Assembly (NCBI RefSeq): GCF_009834535.1
Contig: NC_045697.1
Coordinates: forward strand, 98,582,001 to 98,646,000
Length of the DNA: 64,000 nt
DNA from: Camelus ferus
Lineage: Eukaryota
Reading direction: 5' to 3'
Part shown: one piece after another, positions 62,482-64,000 of the stretch
Layout: each line of letters opens with the position of its first letter
How positions within the stretch are numbered: the stretch's first letter is position 1
The notes under the pieces: model-generated
Told to the model about the DNA's origin: nothing
What the model saw: the letters and a program-made list of their open reading frames with translations, nothing else
Databases searched by the model: none
Made by a program: the position numbers and the translations under genes

Positions 62482-63029
62482 GAAACAGAGCAGGACACTG
62501 AGGGGTCCTTCCTGGTACAAATCCTTTCTGTGTCCTCCATTTCTTGTTCATAGGAAATGGGCTTCCTTCAGCCCCCTTGACGTTCCCTGAGTTCCAAAGG
62601 GCAGATTCACACAGTTGCTAATCAGGGAAGGGAGGGGATGCAGAGACAAGGGAGGAGCAGTCAAGAAAGGATAATGTAGCTATTAAAGCAGGATCCTGGT
62701 TCCTCCTCAAGGGATATACTTAATGATATCTTTGAGTTCTTCTGCAGCAACTAAGGCTCCCACCCAGATGGAGGATGGTTACTTCAGGCTGAGCACAGAT
62801 TCCTGGACACTGCCCTGTGACATCACCACCAATCAATCAGAAAAAAGTCACACACCCTGCAGCCCTCACTCCAAATTTTGTCTATAAAAACTTTTCCCTG
62901 AAAACCATTCAGGTTTTTTTGAGCACAAGCCACCTGTCCTTGCTCTGCCCTGCAATGAACCTTTCTCTGCTCCAAACTCCTTTATTTGCCCTCACTGTGC
63001 GCCAGACACATGAATTTTGTTCGGTAACA
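62481..63029 (+). mobile_element. ERV1-type solo LTR (TGAAAC family)
   Basis: TGAAACAGAGCAGG...TTCGGTAACA; TSD TAAA/TACA; sits in a (TG)n tract. Confidence 0.9.
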
Positions 63030-63109
63030 TACATGTGTGTGTATATACAGCTTCACTTCAGACAGCTGAAGTCAGACTTTAATAGACAAAGGAACTAGTG
63101 GAACTGCTG

Positions 63110-63560
63110 CGCAAACAGCAGCGCTAAGCAGAACGTCTCAATAGGAGAAAAACTACAACTTCTGTTTCTTGGCTCCTTCTCCTCAATTTATATTTTCAGT
63201 TTGCTCCAATTTTCAGAGGAAAAGAACATTCACCTGGCTCTTTATCCCACTGTTTTTTCATTGGTCTCCTGCCTTCCAGGCCCACTGACAACTGCAATCT
63301 GGTTTCCACCACCATCTCACCAACCTGCTACTATTCACATAAAGAGCAACCTTGTAATTGTCAAATCCAAAGGACCTTGACCTCTTAGGAGCACTCATCA
63401 CTGTTTCAGCCTTGTTACCTTATTTCGAAGATACTAATCTCTCACTGTTCTCCTTCTCTGACCAGGTCTCAAGTCTCCTTCCCTTCCAACCATCCTTAAA
63501 GGTGTGTGTTTCACAGGAATTTCATCCTTAACACTTTTCTTATCTTACTTAAAGGACATT
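63110..63560 (+). mobile_element. L2 fragment
   Basis: CCCACTGACAACTGCAATCTGGTTTCCACCACC...CTTGTAATTGTCAAATCCAAAGGAC. Confidence 0.6.
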
Positions 63561-63592
63561 TTGTGGCTGATCTCATTACCCATGGATCCAGC

Positions 63593-64000
63593 TGAGACAG
63601 GATGGAAGGGGGCGGGGCACAGCCACTCAAGGAATGACAGCAATTTAACACCAAAAGGTGAGGAAGACTCACCTCCTAGTTGGCCTTGAGAATTAAGAGG
63701 TTTGACTTCTAGGTGACCTTGAGCTTCATCATATGCTCGTTGTAACAGCGTAATCAAATAACATGCCCACAGGCGCCGTGACAGTCCCAAGGCTAACCGA
63801 AAAAGGCCAAAGAATGGGCGATGGCCTAATTCCTGGTAACCTCAGCCCTTTCCCCAGGGCAATTGGAATGGTCCCACTTGGAGGCATGTGAAGCTACTGA
63901 GACCATAAAACATGACAACACTACGCCTAGTGGACTTTTTCGCTCCCTCCTCTTTGGAGATGGCCCACACTCCGTCTAACCTGAGTACCCAATTCCCATA
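63593..64000 (+). mobile_element. ERV1-type LTR (TGAGACAGG family, copy 4), cut by the window edge
   Basis: Colinear with 41818-42240. Confidence 0.9.

Noticed and set aside
28407..64000. Same-family LTRs as paired ends of an intact provirus
   Set aside because: The complete copies have their own different TSDs (TCAG/TGAG, CCCC, TAAT) and no gag, pol or env lies between them, so they are independent solo LTRs.
1..64000. CpG-island promoter, CRISPR array or prokaryote-like system
   Set aside because: CpG-depleted mammalian repeat-rich DNA with no repeat-spacer array or operon-like ORFs.

Overview
Mammalian non-coding DNA (intergenic or deep intronic), almost certainly from a camelid (alpaca/llama/camel). 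The evidence is about 17 copies of the tRNA-derived Vic-1-type SINE (GGGGAGGGTATAGCTCAGTGGTAGAG...GCTTAGCATGCATGAGGTCCTGGGTTCAATCCCCAGTACC...AAACCTAATTACCTCCCCC) plus artiodactyl-type L1 3' ends. I see no CpG island, no recognisable protein-coding exon, no rRNA or authentic tRNA gene and no CRISPR. The ORF track is spurious, apart from decayed L1 ORF2 C-terminal pieces. The window is a layered transposon fossil record: old L2, MIR, MaLR, ERVL and hAT elements, then L1s, then many ERV1-type solo LTRs (mostly with readable 4-bp target-site duplications, TSDs), then SINEs. The most notable observations are: (i) a dense nest of about 13 LTR pieces at 37-48 kb, around a deleted MER34-like provirus; (ii) two TSD-flanked retrocopies of unidentified cellular RNA 3' ends (54951-55223 and 59197-59268); (iii) a CpG-rich, probably young solo LTR (540-952); (iv) an L1-in-L1 inverted repeat; (v) a tailless SINE; and (vi) several candidate enhancer and CTCF motifs. 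I found no convincing new biological system. Family names are from memory of consensus sequences and need RepeatMasker/Dfam confirmation.
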